From NCBI RefSeq assembly GCF_009914755.1, contig NC_060931.1: a stretch of DNA of 64,000 nucleotides; one strand, 5' to 3'. Both the position numbers and the translations under genes were made by a program. Under the pieces are notes generated by a model, which was not told the origin of the DNA, made no database searches, and saw only the letters and a program-made list of their open reading frames with translations. This document shows, piece by piece, positions 40,914 through 56,380 of this stretch; position 1 is the stretch's first letter, and each line of letters opens with the position of its first letter. This DNA comes from the human T2T-CHM13v2.0 reference genome, Homo sapiens.

Positions 40914-42410
40914 AAAATTTTTTTAAAAGTGATGGACCTTGGGAGGAATGTAATTGTGATTTCCAGGAGTGTGGGATACAAGACTGAGGTTCAGACATAC
41001 ATGCTGGTGTATAGTGAGGTGATACAGGAAGAAGAAACATGTGTATTTGGATCTTTATCATAAGCAGAAGCTGAAATACGTTTAGAGAAGAATATTCAAG
41101 ATTCTTTAATCTTGCTGTTCAAAATGTATTCAATTTTTTTGAGAAACTTGAAGTTTTTGTCATATTTTCCCATTACCCATTAATGATTAAAATAAGAAAT
41201 GAAATTTAGAAATGTTTTTATATGCAGTCTATCTAGATAAACTGCAGTAATTTAACTGTCTATTTTTCTAACCTGTCAATAATCTGTAATAGCATGTCTA
41301 GTGTTCTGTTAATTTGGTGTGAGGATGTAGACAGCCTTCTGTTCTTTTGTTTACAGAGTCTCTTAACTTTGTGGCTCCCCTGGCACTAATTTATTTTTTT
41401 GCTAAAAGGTAACAGAGTTACAAGTGCAAACATTTATTTAATTTGTTTAGATTTATAAAAACCATGCCCATGCTCTAGGCCTTTGGGGGCATGAACCAGA
41501 TAAGAACATATGGTGTAATCTATTATTTTCTCAACTCTAGTTATGTGGAAAGGCATTGTTTAAATGTCAATGAGGAAATTTCAGATTGCCCGTCTTAGAA
41601 CAGTGATTTCTTGGATAATGCTTAGGTAAATTTAATGAAGGTACATTTTATTGTCTTTAAATAATTCACCAAGACCACAATATTCAATCTTTTTAGAGTA
41701 GGAGGATTTGTTCAGAATTCCCTTCTACTCCAGGAAATTCAACTAACCTTTTAGTTATTGCTGTTGGGCACATCATTTTAAAAAAATCTTTGCAGTATAC
41801 TCTGAGTAAATTTACAATATATTCAGATTGCTACCAGTCATGATTTTTTTCCAGCACCAATAGTCTTAATTCCTAAATGAAAAGTAATTTTTTAAAATGT
41901 GACAAGTCAGAGAATATATTTTTAAAGAGCACAGTTTTATCTACATTGTTTATATTTCCATGATTACTGTTGGCAGAATGGTTATAATTATTTTAGATAG
42001 TATAAAAGTGACTTCTGAACAGGGAAAGAAGGGATGAGTCATGACAAGCCAAAGTTTCAGAAAACAAAAAATTATTTATTTATTTACGTATTTATGTATT
42101 TATTTATTTATTTATTTTTACCAGAAGCCAAGCCCAGAAAATATGGGTTTAAGGTTTGCCTATATGTCCAATACAAGAGAAAAAAGAACATTCCACTTCT
42201 TTAGAAGGTTCTACTTTGATCTCCTGGTAAGTGGTTGAGAACAATTCTGAAATGTTGGTTGATTTTTTTTCAAGTCTTCCAAGTTGCTAATGTTGTTCAT
42301 GTGTGTGAACACACACACATACACAGAGACAAACACACACACACTCTTCCAGGGTATTCTTCAGTGGCTGGGTGAGTGAATTGTTTTTTTCTCTCAATTT
42401 ATATCTTAAC

Positions 42411-42716
42411 TTTTTTTTTTTTTTTTTTTTTGAGACAGAGTTTTGCTCTTGTTGCCCAGGCTGGAGTGCAATGGTGCAATCTCCACTCACTGCAACCTCT
42501 CCGCCTCCCAAGTTCAAGCAATTCTCCTGCATCAGCCTCCCAGGTAGCTGGGATTACAAGCATGTGCCACCATGCCTGGCTAATTTTGTTGTATTTGGTA
42601 GAGACGGGGTTTCACCATGCTGGTCAGGCTGGTCTCAAACTCCTGACCTCAGGTAATCCACCTGTCTTGGCCTCCCAAAGTGCTGAGATTATGGGCGTGC
42701 ACCACCACCCCTGGCC
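42411..42716 (-). mobile_element. AluSq/Sp-like with TSD
   Basis: GCTCTTGTTGCCC and GTGCAATGG diagnostics; TSD TATATCT(T/G)AACTTTT on both sides. Confidence 0.95.
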
Positions 42717-42963
42717 TATATCTGAACTTTTATTGCTGTTTTTGTCAGAAAGTCTTTGCTGAACTTTTGGGGTACTCATATTTTAGGGATCTGTACTATT
42801 TTAACTAGTAAACACCACCAAGAATCTCATGTGTCAGGATTACATTATCCTTCCTCTGCGTTCTTAGACAGGTCGACATGGCCTACTGGTGATTTTTGAA
42901 GAGATCTTCTATTTGGCAAAAAACTACATATGTCCAATACTGTTAAAACAGAGTGTAAAAAAA

Positions 42964-43239
<276 letters not shown>

Positions 43240-44299
43240 GTGATACAGCTTGGAGAACTGGAGGATCAACTCTTTGAAAATTGGCCTACAGACATTTTTC
43301 TCATGCAAAAACCAAAACTATTAACATTTAGAAAACAGCATTTAGTTGAATTAAGAAAAGAAAATTATGAAAGAATATGTAGAGATATTTATTTTAAAGA
43401 AACTAGAATGGATGTTTACTGTTTCTAGTGGTTCATATGTTTTATATCATTTACTACTAATGCTTTTTTTAGTCTATTAATTTGGATAATAGACTTAAAT
43501 ACCTGAGGTTTAATAATGAATTTCCTATGGGTTCAAAATATTTCATTCTAGGCAGTTACTTGCTCAGTATTTCACAGCGAAAGAAAGACAGCTTTAAGTG
43601 CTCATGCGTCCTAAGCAATGTCTCCAGCTTCTATCTCCTCCTGAGGCCCCAGATTTTCAGTGATCACTTCCACTTGGCCATTAGGTGGAGAACAAAAACT
43701 CAGTAAATTAATAATGGAGCTAATCATTTTGAATCTACTCTTACAGTTTTGTGTATTTCCCATCTCACAAAATATATACTTTGTTTTTTCCTCCTTCTCA
43801 CCACCATATTAAACAATAACCTTTTTGATTCTGCCTCCTCATTATCTCTCAGATACAGTCAGTAGCCATACTGCCTCTATTTTTTTTCTTACTCCAAGAT
43901 TGTAGCAACATATCCCTACTTTCTTTTCCTGCCATTAATTTGCAATCTTCCAGTTTGTCAAAGTAATTTTGTGAAACATCAATCTGAACCCGATATGATG
44001 TGCTTACAACGCTTCAATGGCTCTCTGTTGCCCCCGTTATGACAACAAAACACCTTAGCACGGACACAAAGCCATTGGTGATCTAGCCTTTGCTTACTCT
44101 CTACTCTCACTAATTTCATACATAGCTCAGCAGAAGTCATTAGGAGGATGGTTTATGTTACTGTGATGCTGTCTCCTCGACCTTATATGGAAGATAGCTT
44201 TACACTGAGTGTCTAAGGTAGCCAGTGTTCCAGTTATTAAGAAAAAATAGGAGGTACCTAAACATCTCAGTCAAAATTTGAGGGTGAGATACCTTTGCC

Positions 44300-45240
44300 T
44301 AGTGGTATTCCATTGTGTAATAAAGAATTCTTTAGCATTAAAGGACATTTGCAGGCACTCATGGTAGTGAATATTTGAGTTGCTTCATTTAGCAATTATG
44401 AAAAAGCTGTTATGAACATTCTGTTGATTTTCAGTAGGTTGAAGTTTTTATTTTTCTCAGGAAATACCTAGGACTGGGAGTGCTGGGTAATAGTATAAAC
44501 CTAACGTTTAACTTTGTAAGAAATTGACAGTCCTTTCCCAAGGTAGTTTACACCCCTTCCAGGAATTTATGAGTTCTAATGACTGTATCTTTTCCAATTT
44601 TTGTTGTTATGTTATTTTAATTTTAGGGCTGTTGGACATTATTTATTAATATCTTATTGTAGTTTTAATTTGTATTTCTCTAAAGACTGATTGAGCACCT
44701 TTTCATGGCTTTTTGGCAATCATATTTCCTCTTTAAGTGTCTGTTCCAGCCTTTTTCCTATTTTTTATGGAGTAGATTGCTTTTATATTGCCAAGTGGTA
44801 GGATCTATCTATCTATCATCTATCTAAAGTGAATGTGTTTGTCAGTTAGATGTTTTGCACATATTTCTCCCAGTCTGTGGTTTGCCTATCTATTGTCTTC
44901 ATTGTGTCTTTTTCGATGAACATACATTTTTAATTTTAATGAAGTACAATTTAGCATTTTAAAAAATTTATGCCTTTGCTTTCTGTGTCCAGTCTAAGAA
45001 ATCAAGATTTAATGGTAAGCCATAAATGTATTCTGTGTTTTCCTCAAGAAGCTTTAGGGCTTTAGCTTTAAAATTTAGGTTTATGATCCATCTCAAGATA
45101 ATTTTTATATGTGATATAAAATAGTGGTTGAGTCTCACCTTTTTTCCACATGAATATTCAATTATCTCAGAACCGTTTGCTGAAAAGACTTTCCCAATTC
45201 AATTACTTTGGGACCTCTATTGAAAATCAATTGAATGAGA
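44300..45240 (-). mobile_element. Old L1M fragment
   Basis: Antisense L1 motifs (GCTGTTATGAACATTC, ATTTCTCCCAGTCTGTGG, TTTGCTGAAAAGACT). Confidence 0.8.
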
Positions 45241-48200
45241 TTTCTGCTTCTGCAGAAATGGAAAGAGTGCCCTGTCCATTCTAACAACTATAAGTAGCTA
45301 AATAAACCAAAAAATCTTAACTTTTTGAGCCTATCAAAGAGCTGAAGTAGCAGGACAATCAAGTAACATGAAATAAAGGTGGAAATGACCCCTCCAGGGA
45401 TAATGGCATATACAGAGTGGCTTATGTGTGGCTGAGTGTGGGAGAAAGAATGGCTACCAGGTAAGTGGTAAGAATCAGTTAAAAATTTAACATATTATTT
45501 GAGGCCAAGTGTGGGCTGGAATGTCAGATCATAATTTGTCACAGATATCTGTTGCTAGGTCTCATGAAATTTCACCCAGAGCATACACAACTTAGTATAT
45601 AGTTAAATAGTGAGAGAACCCTATGCAAAATTTCTGCACCTCCTTTTTTCTATTCTGCAGACTCTAGCCAACTTAGTGGCTCAGAACTGTAGTCCTTGTT
45701 TCCCCAGCTAAGCAGAATCCTTGTGCTCTGTTTGGGTTTCACCTCTCTGCACTGCAGTCTAGAAAGTGTTTCCAGGAAGAGTGATTGTTAGGCTTACTTA
45801 CGTATTTTCCTATCTGTACTCCTGTTCCCTGTATGCTGTCCTCTGAAAAGAATTGCCTTATATATTTCATAGTTTTACAGTTGTTTTTGGCCAGAGGACT
45901 AGTCTGGCACCAGTTACACTTTCATGGCCAGAGAATGTTCTTTTCAAGATCTTCTGCTTGTTAGTAAAAAAAGAACACAGATGCACAAACATTCAAACAC
46001 ACAATACAAACACAGAGAAAAAGTTTTTTAAAAGTGAGTTGATTAAGTAAATTTCAATATTTTCTTAATAAACCACATCAAAGATGGATTCTGAATTTGA
46101 GAACTTTCTCTTTAACAATGGTTTCATTTTTATATATTTAACTTCGCTTTATCTCTTTATACTACATATTCTCTGCCTTATGGCCTTACTTTTCCTTTTC
46201 TCTTGATAAAGTATTTTAAAATGCATAGCAATAGCCAATGAGAGAGACGACTAGTCCAGGGTCCATCTCCCAGAGTGTAATGGACCCCAGTTTATATAAG
46301 CAATTTGAGTAAAAATCTGTTGCATAATTCACAGGCTTTTTGCGAGGTATAGTGATTTTCTGATGATAATTTATAATTATGGGTGGAGAAATATTTAGAT
46401 ATTTCTTTATTGTTCAATCAGTGAACAAGAAATTTTTTTGAAGTGTCCAGGCACCATCTCTTCCTGTTCAGGTCCAGAAATAATCCTTTTTGGTTTTTAT
46501 TTTCAAAAGTACTATTCATGCCCAATTTAATTTCTGTTACTATCCCATGATAAGATAGTTAACAATGCTTTTCTATCTCACAATGCTATGGCTCTTTGAA
46601 ATGTACTTGTATTGAAATAATATAGGCCTTTTTTGCTTCTGTAGTTAGTTTGTTATTTCTATTCATGTAAGGCTGATTACTCAGTAATAATGATGCTCTA
46701 TTATGTATTGTGCTGCCCATAGACACTGGCTTCCAATGATTCCCTCAAAGACTGTTGCTGTGTTCAATTCATAATGACCACAATTGCCAGTCTTACCCAG
46801 AGTATGCAGGGAAATCTGAATAATAATTGATTTTCACATTAAATTATTATTGAAAATTTTCTAGTATAATTGTAGAGCAATGCAACCTTCAAACATGTAT
46901 TCTTTTGGCTGTAATCATTATGTTCACTACATTTCTAGAAGGTGATCTTTCAATGTGGACTGGACCTCCGCCTTCCACATATGGCATCCAGTGGGTTAGG
47001 TAGGCAAGAGGGAGGGAGAAAGAGTAGTACCATTAGTTCAAGGAATATCCATGTGTGTCTGGCATAGTCTAAGACTGACCCAGGAGCTTATAAGCTATGA
47101 CATTTATCAGGAAAAGAAAGAACCAAAGAAAGATTGATGTTATGTGCATGAGTCTCTAAAGCTTTTGCAGAAGGCAGTGCTTGAAATGTGGCACAAAGCC
47201 TGCTACTAAAGGGCTAGCGTGATCTCCTTGAGTGTTAGCAGAAAGCGGATGTATGGTAAAAGTCATCTGCTACCCTCCAGGCACCACTGGACTAGAGGTG
47301 ACACTATGGTTGGAACAAGGGCGAGAGCTAATGAATGAGTCCACATATGTCACATGCGTGACTTGAGCCCAAGGCTCAATGATGGTCCATCAGCAGCCCA
47401 GAGCCTTTAACTCATCTTATCTCCAATGTGAGTGAGAATCACCCAAATTAATGTGCCCACACCATTATGGTAGATCAATTCTATGAGATCCCGTAGAATA
47501 AATACCTTACCAAACAGCTGGAACAATTTTTTTGCTAGGCTGTCTTTACAGGTCTGAGGCTCAACCATGATATCCAGAAAGACCACATAGGTTGAGTGAG
47601 TCCTAGAGCTTCTCGGGGCATCCAGTTGAGTCTATGTACTGAATAGAGGGTCGCAAAATGTCCCAAGTAAAAAATCAGGGGCTAGGATTTATGTCTATGC
47701 TCAGTCTGGACTACACTTAGATGGCACTGGTGGCCCCAAACCATGCCAGGCATAGGAGAGGGACTTAGAAAATTTTGAGGAAGGTACTTGGAAGCATGCA
47801 TTTCTTGAGGTGTGGGGCCTAAGGCAGAGATCTAATGTTCAGATATAAAGGCAGTACTGAGGCAGACCTGAGTTAAAATGCCTAGAACATCCAAACTTTC
47901 AAAGTGGTTTAATGAAATAATTTTTTAAGTGGAGATAATCCAAGTTGATCTAATTAAGAATGAATTGTATTCTTTTTAGTTTCAGTGTGACTGTATTTTA
48001 AGTACTCATAATAATTTAAGAATTAATAAAGCTCTATATATGCACATATGAACTGATCCTTTTACTTGAAACTTCATAAATTAGTGATGTCTCCTGAATA
48101 AACAAAAGAAAGAACACTAAGGAATATTATATGTGAGAAAATGGTTTTCTTCCATGATATTATCCACAAAAGTTGTATAGCATAAAGCAGTGCATTAATT

Positions 48201-49305
48201 TATTTGTCCTAAATTAATTCTCTTGAGTTTGAAGAAATAGGAAAGAAGGGCTAGTATTCCTGAATTTGTGCAACAGATATGGGATTACACTATCCCTGCG
48301 CTCTATATGTTCAGAAGTTTCAAGGAGCCGCAGTTTTCTGGAACTATTCACAACTCTGTACAGCATGTCTGTATATTTCTATATTCTGGCAAAATTGTTT
48401 TTTAAAGTTAATAAGATAATTTTACAAAACCCTTGATTTCTAACCTTTCTGAATGTTAGAGATTGCATATTGCTAAGAATAAAAAAATTATCATAATTTT
48501 TATCCTTGGCTAGAATATAAAATTTTTCTCTTTCAAGGTCTTTTAATTTTAGAAAGATGGAAAAGCCTGAAATCTTTAGTTAGCTTTGAACTACAAGGAT
48601 TCTTGGGTTTGTAGCTACCATTTAAATAACGTGAAATCACATAAATCCTGCATCTATGTGGAGGATAAATAAATAAACTGGCAAAGGTAAAAAAAAAATC
48701 AGCGAATCTAATTAAATACTATTCACAGAAACCAAACCAAACTAGCAAAAAAACCTACAAGAATATATATAGACACCAGTAGATATTTGAAATAAATTAA
48801 ACTTCTCCAACCCTGCACGTAAGGAATAAATTGAGTGAAATTGATGGTGTATTTGGCCATAGATTAAGATGAACTGAAATTTTTAAAGTTCAAAATTCCT
48901 CAGTCTAAATGAGTTTGATGCTTGTCAGAAGTCATTAAGAAAATCCAACTAATTCTAGTGATCTCTTAAACCTTAAAAACATTACAGCTGTACCCACTGT
49001 CCCTGAAATATGAAATATACATTTCTATATAAAGTACAAGCAAATAATTTACAATGATTATGAATTAGAAAATGCAAGAAACTTTTCAAGTAAGAGATCT
49101 GACTCATTAAATTATTCCTGAGCTCAAGTGGAGCAAGACTCCTGGATCTATACATATTGGTTATGTACCCCAGAAACCTGAAATGTTTTTTAAAGTTACC
49201 TCACACCTTTTAATCTAATTATCTCAATTCCATTTCTCATACATACATTTCTTATGCTTCCATAGGAATTTTAGGAAATATTGAGGATCCGGGAGTCTTA
49301 TAAAC

Positions 49306-49528
49306 CATGATTTCTCAACCTTAGTGCTACTGATATTCAGTGCTGGATAAGTCTTTGTTGGGGGGCTGTCCTGTGCATTGTAGAATGATTAACAGTGTTC
49401 CTAGTTTCTACTCACTAGATGGTAATAGTGCCCTGACCTTCTTCCCCTCATTATGACAACCAAAAATGTCAGGAAACATTGCCAAATATCCCCTAGGAGG
49501 CAAAATTCCTCCTGGTTGCGAATAAATG
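49306..49528. mobile_element. MER20 (hAT-Charlie)
   Basis: TTTCTCAACCTTAG...GGGCTGTCCTGTGCATTGTAG...CAACCAAAAATGTC...CATTGCCAAAT. Confidence 0.9.
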
Positions 49529-50319
49529 CTATGCATTACAATTATACAGGATTTAGCTTCATTGTTGACAAGGAGCAACTGCAGAATTTTTCTGCTTCCC
49601 CAGAAAGTCAAATACTTTAATATATTGGAAGAACAAAGAAAGATATAATTGTACACATTCCACTGATTATATCCATAATGCATAGAAGTAAAAAGCTTAA
49701 GACTGACTGCAGCACACAAATATGTATCATTTAATCCAAGTATCATCCTGCACACTGCAGTTGTTTGTTTCTTACTAAGTTTGAATTAGTTGCCAGCATT
49801 TACAATTAGACTATTTCACTGAAAAACCAACCAATTACTGAAATAATTATGACTTCTCTTGAAAATTAAGTTCTAGCAAAATTGTGCCCCAATTCTCAAA
49901 AGAATAACTCACTAGATGTTGCCTTCTTTAGACAGGACATGTGTTCTCTGTTTTATCACACCTGACCTATTTTTAAAATTTGCATTACATTACCTACATA
50001 GTCTTATGATGACTTGAATTTAAAACTTCAATAAGTCAGAAAATTTAATGTTGAATCAAAAGCTCAATTAACTTTAAGGAATACAGTCTAAGCTCTAAAA
50101 ATAAAGAAGAAAAAGAAGAGTATTAGTGGAGAGGAGCAATTGGTATGAGGAAGAGAAAGAATGATTCATTATTTTCTGCAATCCAGTGGAACTGGGTGTT
50201 ACATGTTGCTATAGATTTTAGCAATTAATTCACTTGTGATAAAATTCTTCGAACTTTTCAAAAAGAGTTTTGAATTTGAATGAGTACAATAACAGACAAT
50301 ATAAAAATAGTATTATCTG

Positions 50320-50846
50320 TCTTTCTTCTATCTTGAGTTAATTTTTGTATAAAGAAGGGGTCCAGTTTTAATTTTTGGCATATGGCTAGCCAGTTATCCC
50401 AGCACCATTTATTGAATAGGGAATCGTTTCCCCATTGTTTTTGTCAGGTTTGTGGAAGATCAGATAGTTGTAGGTGTGCGGTCCTATTTTGGGGTTCTCT
50501 ATTCTGTTCCAATGGTTTATGTGTCTGTTCTTATATCAGTACCATGCTATTTTGGTTACTGTAGTGCTTAACAAACTAATGCAAGAACAGAAAACCAAAT
50601 ACCACATGTTCTCACTTATAAGTGGTAGCTAAATGATGAGAACACACACACACAGAGGGAAACAACACACATTAGGGCCTTTCCGAAGGTGGAGGGTGGG
50701 AGGAGGGAAAGGATCAGAAAAATAAATAATGGGTACTAGGCTTAATACCTGAATGATTAAATAATCTGTGCAACAAACCCCCATGACACACGTTTACTCA
50801 TGTAACAAGCCTGCACATGTACCCCTGAACTTAAAAATTAACAAAA
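50320..50846 (+). mobile_element. 5'-inverted (twin-primed) older L1PA (about L1PA13-16)
   Basis: Antisense ORF2 segment ~50330-50564 joined to a sense 3' end ~50567-50846; 19-bp TSD ATAAAAATAG(T/C)ATTATCTG at 50301-50319 and 50847-50865. Confidence 0.92.
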
Positions 50847-52544
50847 ATAAAAATAGCATTATCTGGATTCATTCATAGTATTGAAAAGATCAGATGAATC
50901 AAGTTGTGGCCCAGAGACACATTCAAGTAAGTAGAACGATGGGTCAATCTTCATGGCACCTTAGGAATATGCATTATTCTCTGAAAATGTATAGGGATGC
51001 TTATATTAGGAATGTATATTCTCTAGCTAGTAATAAATACAGTACAAATTACCATGAACAATAAGTCATCTCCTTTTGTTATTTTATTTTAGATTCCAGT
51101 TGTGAAAAAAAATTGTGCCTAAAGAATATAGTCCCTTTATAGAATTGTTTTGAAACCTACCACAGGTATTTCTACACAGGTAGGTATAAAGTTGTACCTT
51201 GGGGGCTATGGAGTATAGTTTGGTTTCATTAGTTCCATTTTTTATTAGTACTACCCTGGAAAAATGCCTTCCAAATTACCATAAGCAGAGATCTTTTAGA
51301 GACTCAAATTGACACAGGGTGATTGTTCCAAATAAGCATAAATGTAGTATTTAGAGAAAAATTTTAAATATAATTCTTTATGGATACAAGAATTCTGGGA
51401 AAATGATTCCATGTCTTTGAGAGGCGATTCTGTTGCAACTTTTCAAATAAATATAAATTCTTATCTATAAAATACATATTAGTCGCTGGATGCGTTTTAC
51501 TTTTACTTAGCACACGCTGTTTGGAATAATTTTTAAAATACTTTATTTGCATGTAGTTATAAAATGTAAGCAAATAAAATATATATTAAAATATTTCAAA
51601 ATATTAATATTTAAAAATAATTGAAAGCAGAAGTAGTCCAGTAATAGTTGGTAAATCACCAGTTCATTGTAAGTGAAAAAATATTTAAAGTAAGAACACT
51701 GTTTACCATCCATAAGAGTTTTTGCTTTATTTGTCTTAAAAATCAGAGATATTGGGAGTAACCCATAAAACTTTTAGTCAGAAGAAAGAAATATTACAGT
51801 TCCTTTTTGGAGTCAAATAAGACACTGCAGTAAGAATCAATGTTTCAATAATTTTTAATGTATGCAGATTTTATAGATAACCCAGAAAAATAATATTATC
51901 ATTTAGAGTAGTTCTATAATACTTATAATTTATAGTAGAATGAAGGCTCTGTATTTTTTTTATTAGAAGTTTTAGTTATGAGAGACCTCATACATAGAAA
52001 AAAGGCATAGTATTCTAATCTGGTACTTTCGTTTTTCCCCTCCAATATGTTAGTATTAGTTGACAGTAGATTCTCCCTAGCTAATGTTAACTTAAATATA
52101 AATAAATAAGGGGTTTTTTTTTAATTTAGCAATAACTTGAAGGTAGTCCGCAGGTGGCCTTAGCTTGGTTCATTGGTGTCTGGGCTGTTAATTTCTTTGG
52201 ATGGTGATTAATCACTCAGGCATTTAAGGCGTAACAAAAAGGAAAATACAGTGCTAGTCACATTTCTTCCTTTTTATTAAGAATGTAAAAGGCTTTTTAG
52301 TTTTCCTCTTGTGTCCCATAAGCACCATGTCACGTGATGTTCCTGGCCACAAAGGACATTAGAAAGTTGAATATTTGTATTTATCAACTTTTACAGTAAT
52401 AGGCAAACAGGGAGTTTGGGAAGAAGTATTGACCACAATCTATGCCTAAATAATAATTTAGTTTAATTTGATTATGAAATGATATATCATATAAATGGAA
52501 TTGAAGATTAAATGTTTTTAAGAACTTAGTTTTCTCTAGTTTAC

Positions 52545-52995
52545 TACAATCACAATTCTAGCAGGGTTTGTCTGGGGGAAATTGACAAGTTATTTCTAAT
52601 GTTTTCACGGAAAATCAAAGGCCATGAATAACCAAGGCACCCTTGAGCAAGAACAAAGCTGGAAGATTTATATACCAGATATAAGATTTATTATTTGATA
52701 ATAGTAGTTAAGACTAAAGTATTAACAGAAGGATAGACAAATTGAGCAATGGAGTAGAATAACTGTTTCAGAAATCACATGTATAAGATCGTTCGATTTA
52801 TAACAAAGTTGACATGGCAGTGCAGAGGGAAAAGAGTGGTCATTTTCATACATGGTGCTGGGTTAGTTAAAGGTCTAGGTAGAAATAAAAATAAGTGGCA
52901 ATTCCCTACCTATACCATACAAAGCAAATCATTTCAGGGTGGACTGTAGGTTTAACAGGAAATAGAAAACAATAAAGCTTTCAGAAACTATTAGA
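52545..52995 (+). mobile_element. Old L1M ORF2 fragment
   Basis: GAAATTGACAAG, AAGAACAAAGCTGGAAGA and GATAGACAAATTGAGCAATGG motifs. Confidence 0.75.
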
Positions 52996-55974
52996 ATCTC
53001 TCTCTCTTTCTTGATTTCTCTTCAAATTTCTTTCTATCTCTCTGCCTCTCGTCTTTATGGAGTACCTGAAAATTGTCCCTAACCATTTTGTTAGGAGAAA
53101 CTAGATTTAGATCCTTGGAAGTTGTATAATTAATTGCTTGTGTTATGAGAGTTGGGTAGGTCTGAGAGGAATGAGAGTATGAAGTGAGTCTCTAAAATCA
53201 GCCTATTGATTGCATGTAGGGAAGTTGCCGTCCACCTCCCTGCTTTTACTCCCATTCCATGGTTAAGGAATTATACAGAAGGAGATTTTGTAGTACTTGT
53301 GCAGCATCAGTTGGTAACAGATGTCTGAAGCAGTCATTTGTTTAAATAATCCAAGCTTTTATGACCGACAGCTTAATTTAAGCAATGTGTTGAAAATAAC
53401 GTTTATTTCTGGCCACTGCTTTTCGTGGTCAGGATACAAATGTATGGATTTTTCAAGTGCCTGTTTTTCCAGAGATTTTCTTAAGCAAATACCATGAATT
53501 TTCCCATAGAATAAATACTTGAAGTTTAAACGGGTAAATAATGAAATCTTCGTCCCTCAAAGAGGGATTCTAGGAAAAAGTGCAAGATGGAAAATGTTGG
53601 GTGTTGTTTCAGGTGACAAGGCTAAACTGCTATGATTTTAGGGACAGGGAGAAATTCCTTCTGGGCTGAGGGATCAGAAGTGATTTTGTGGAGAACTGAC
53701 ATTTTAATAGGAATAGGTAGTCAGAATTTAGAACTACAGAGATGTAGTTTGAGGCATTCCTGGGCAGTGAAAAGACCATGAGCCGAGTGATACAGGTATG
53801 AAATCAATATATTCCAGTCATCAAATATAATGTAAATAATCAGTAAGCTGATTAAAATGATTATAGGGAAAACCCATAGCTTACAGTAACAAAATTACAC
53901 AAATAAATGGGAATGAATTTAATAAAGAGGAAGGGTTTAAACTATCTACAACCAAATGCCAACCTGGAATTTCTGTGATTAAACTGCTGAAAAAAAGTAC
54001 AGGTTTGCACCATTCACGATTGTTAAAACATGATAAACTATTTATAAATCATTCTCTCAACACCATGCCTGTTAAATAGAATCCTCAATACAAAAATTCC
54101 ATACCTAAAATAAATATCACAATGAAAATTACACATAATCTTGTATAGTACATGTGTTTAAATTAGTGTGACTATGAACTGTAGTTTCTCTGATAAGAAA
54201 TCATCCAGAAATGCTCAAAGTTAAAGTAGGTTGCTTGGGACAAATAGGCATTTTATATTGTCTGACACTCATCCCTGCAGTAATTTAATTTTATCTTATA
54301 TGAAGTAGGTCATTTTGTACAGATATAAACTTTCTGTTGTGTACTGTTCTCCCTTGACACCCATGTTATATTGACATTGTAATTTTTTCTGTAGTTCTTA
54401 GCAGTTTTTATGCCACCTCAACTTGTAAAATCACGAGGTTTTACCCATATTACAAATAAGTAATAGCAATGATTACCTAGTTACCTAAACTTGTCTATTT
54501 TTAATACCCACAGGTATAAAAAGAAATTTTTCTTTCTGTATTTCATTCAGAAGCATGTTATATGGACACATTTATTTATACCTAGCATTATATGAATCTT
54601 GTTTTCTGTAAAGCTTTATGAAGTAGGTCAAACAGGAAAGTAAACTTGCTAAGTATGAAGATAATATATATTGGTTTAGCAAAGACTGAATAATATGGAA
54701 CCTCATCTATCTCATTGCTAACTTATTTTTTTTTACTTTTAGCTTTTCCCATCATTGTTAGATAAACACAACTAGGATAGAAAAATTCTGATGTTGACAT
54801 CTTATAACCAGGCCAGATAGATGCAGTTTATTAGAACTATGTGGAAAAATAGAATAGGTTGGTCAGAACTTATCTTGGAGGCAGAGTCTGGCATAGACAA
54901 AGATGTCATTTGGAGTTTAGGATTTCGCACACTGTCCTCTTGGTCCTTCTATTCTTTTTGAGAAGCCATTAATAGGCCAGAAGATAGATATAATTAGAAA
55001 ATTAGAATTGGATGAGCACAGCATGTAAAAAGAATTTTGTGTATATAGGAGTAAGACACATCCAAATTCCTGAAACTGTTGTATTCTTGAGTAGCTTTTT
55101 GTTTTGCTTTGGTTCAATAATTTTCTTTTTTCTTTGCATATTTTTAGTGTACATTTCACTTACTCATCTTTAAACTCTTTCTGAGAACAATAAATTTATT
55201 TCAAATATATTTTAACTTTGAGAATATATCTTTGGAACCCCTCTTTCTCATCATTCTGGGATTTCGTTTGTCTCTCCATGAGGCATCCTTGGTGTTCTGG
55301 ATCTTTTCTTGATTTACTTCTTTATTTTATTAAAATATATCCTTTAGAAGCTTCCTGTTAAACGATACAAGGGAGATTAATCTTTTGAGAACTTGAGAAT
55401 TGCATATTTAAAAATGTACATATTCTACCTTCATGTGAGATTGAGAGTACAGTTCAGTATGGAATTCCAAGTTGAAAATTGAGAATATGGTGACTGAAAG
55501 CATGCTACGTTGGCTCCATTGTCTTTTTTCTAGTGTGACTGTGGAGGAATCCAATGACATTTCTTCTCTAAACTTTTGTAACAGCATTCCTTGTCATGAA
55601 TCTTTTCTCATCTCTCTTACTGAACACTTGGTGAGTATTCTAAGGAGAAATCTCATATCCTTCAGATATCCCTCTAGAATGTTTTGAAATTATTTTCTTT
55701 ATAATATACTCTTCTTATTTTTTTCTGAAACTGTACTTATTCAGCTATGGCACATGCTGAATTGGATCCAATTGCCATTCTACTTGCATTTTTCTTTTTC
55801 TCTCATTTATCAAAGATTTTCCTCAACCGTATCTCAGCTGCAACTCTTGAATATTATTTTTCTCCAATCATTATTTTCTCCAATCATTATAAGAAAAGTC
55901 AGGAATACTGTACTTTTCTTACCAAACTAAATAGACAGTGACTTCGAAAATATTTAACAATTTATTAGTTAGAA

Positions 55975-56380
55975 TAGTTTGTCTTAGGTGAGTTTCCCTA
56001 CAAGCAGAGTTTGAGGAGGGATTTTCATTCAAGGTGCTTATGGAGGGTGCACTCTCTGGAGAAAGAGAATGAAGGAAGTATCCTAGGTCAGGAGGAGCTA
56101 AGCAAGGTTGCCCTTTGTTGAAGTCCAGCTTCAGTCTGATCCCCTGAGAAGCTTTCGATAGGAATTATGCATGAACATGGTTTCCATCTTGAGGCAAGTG
56201 GGCCTATCAATTAGTCAATAGTTAATGTGGAAGAAGGTCAGAGGGAATGTACAACTAAGGCCATTTCCTGAATAAAGAAAATCTGTAGTTAGCAGCCAAC
56301 ATTCACAGTGGCAGTGGTATGCATAGGCCTGCCTGATCAAGGAGATCTGCATGGGGCAACAACAACATCTATTACATGTC
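55975..56380. mobile_element. Ancient ERVL-type LTR (LTR16-like)
   Basis: TTAGGTGAGTTTCCCTACAAGCAGAGTTTGAGG resembles an LTR16-group terminus; very diverged. Confidence 0.35.

Noticed and set aside
51093-51179. Possible 87-nt exon (TTTTATTTTAG ... CAG|GTAGGT)
   Set aside because: It has stops in all frames and no linked exons; pseudo-exons of this quality are common.
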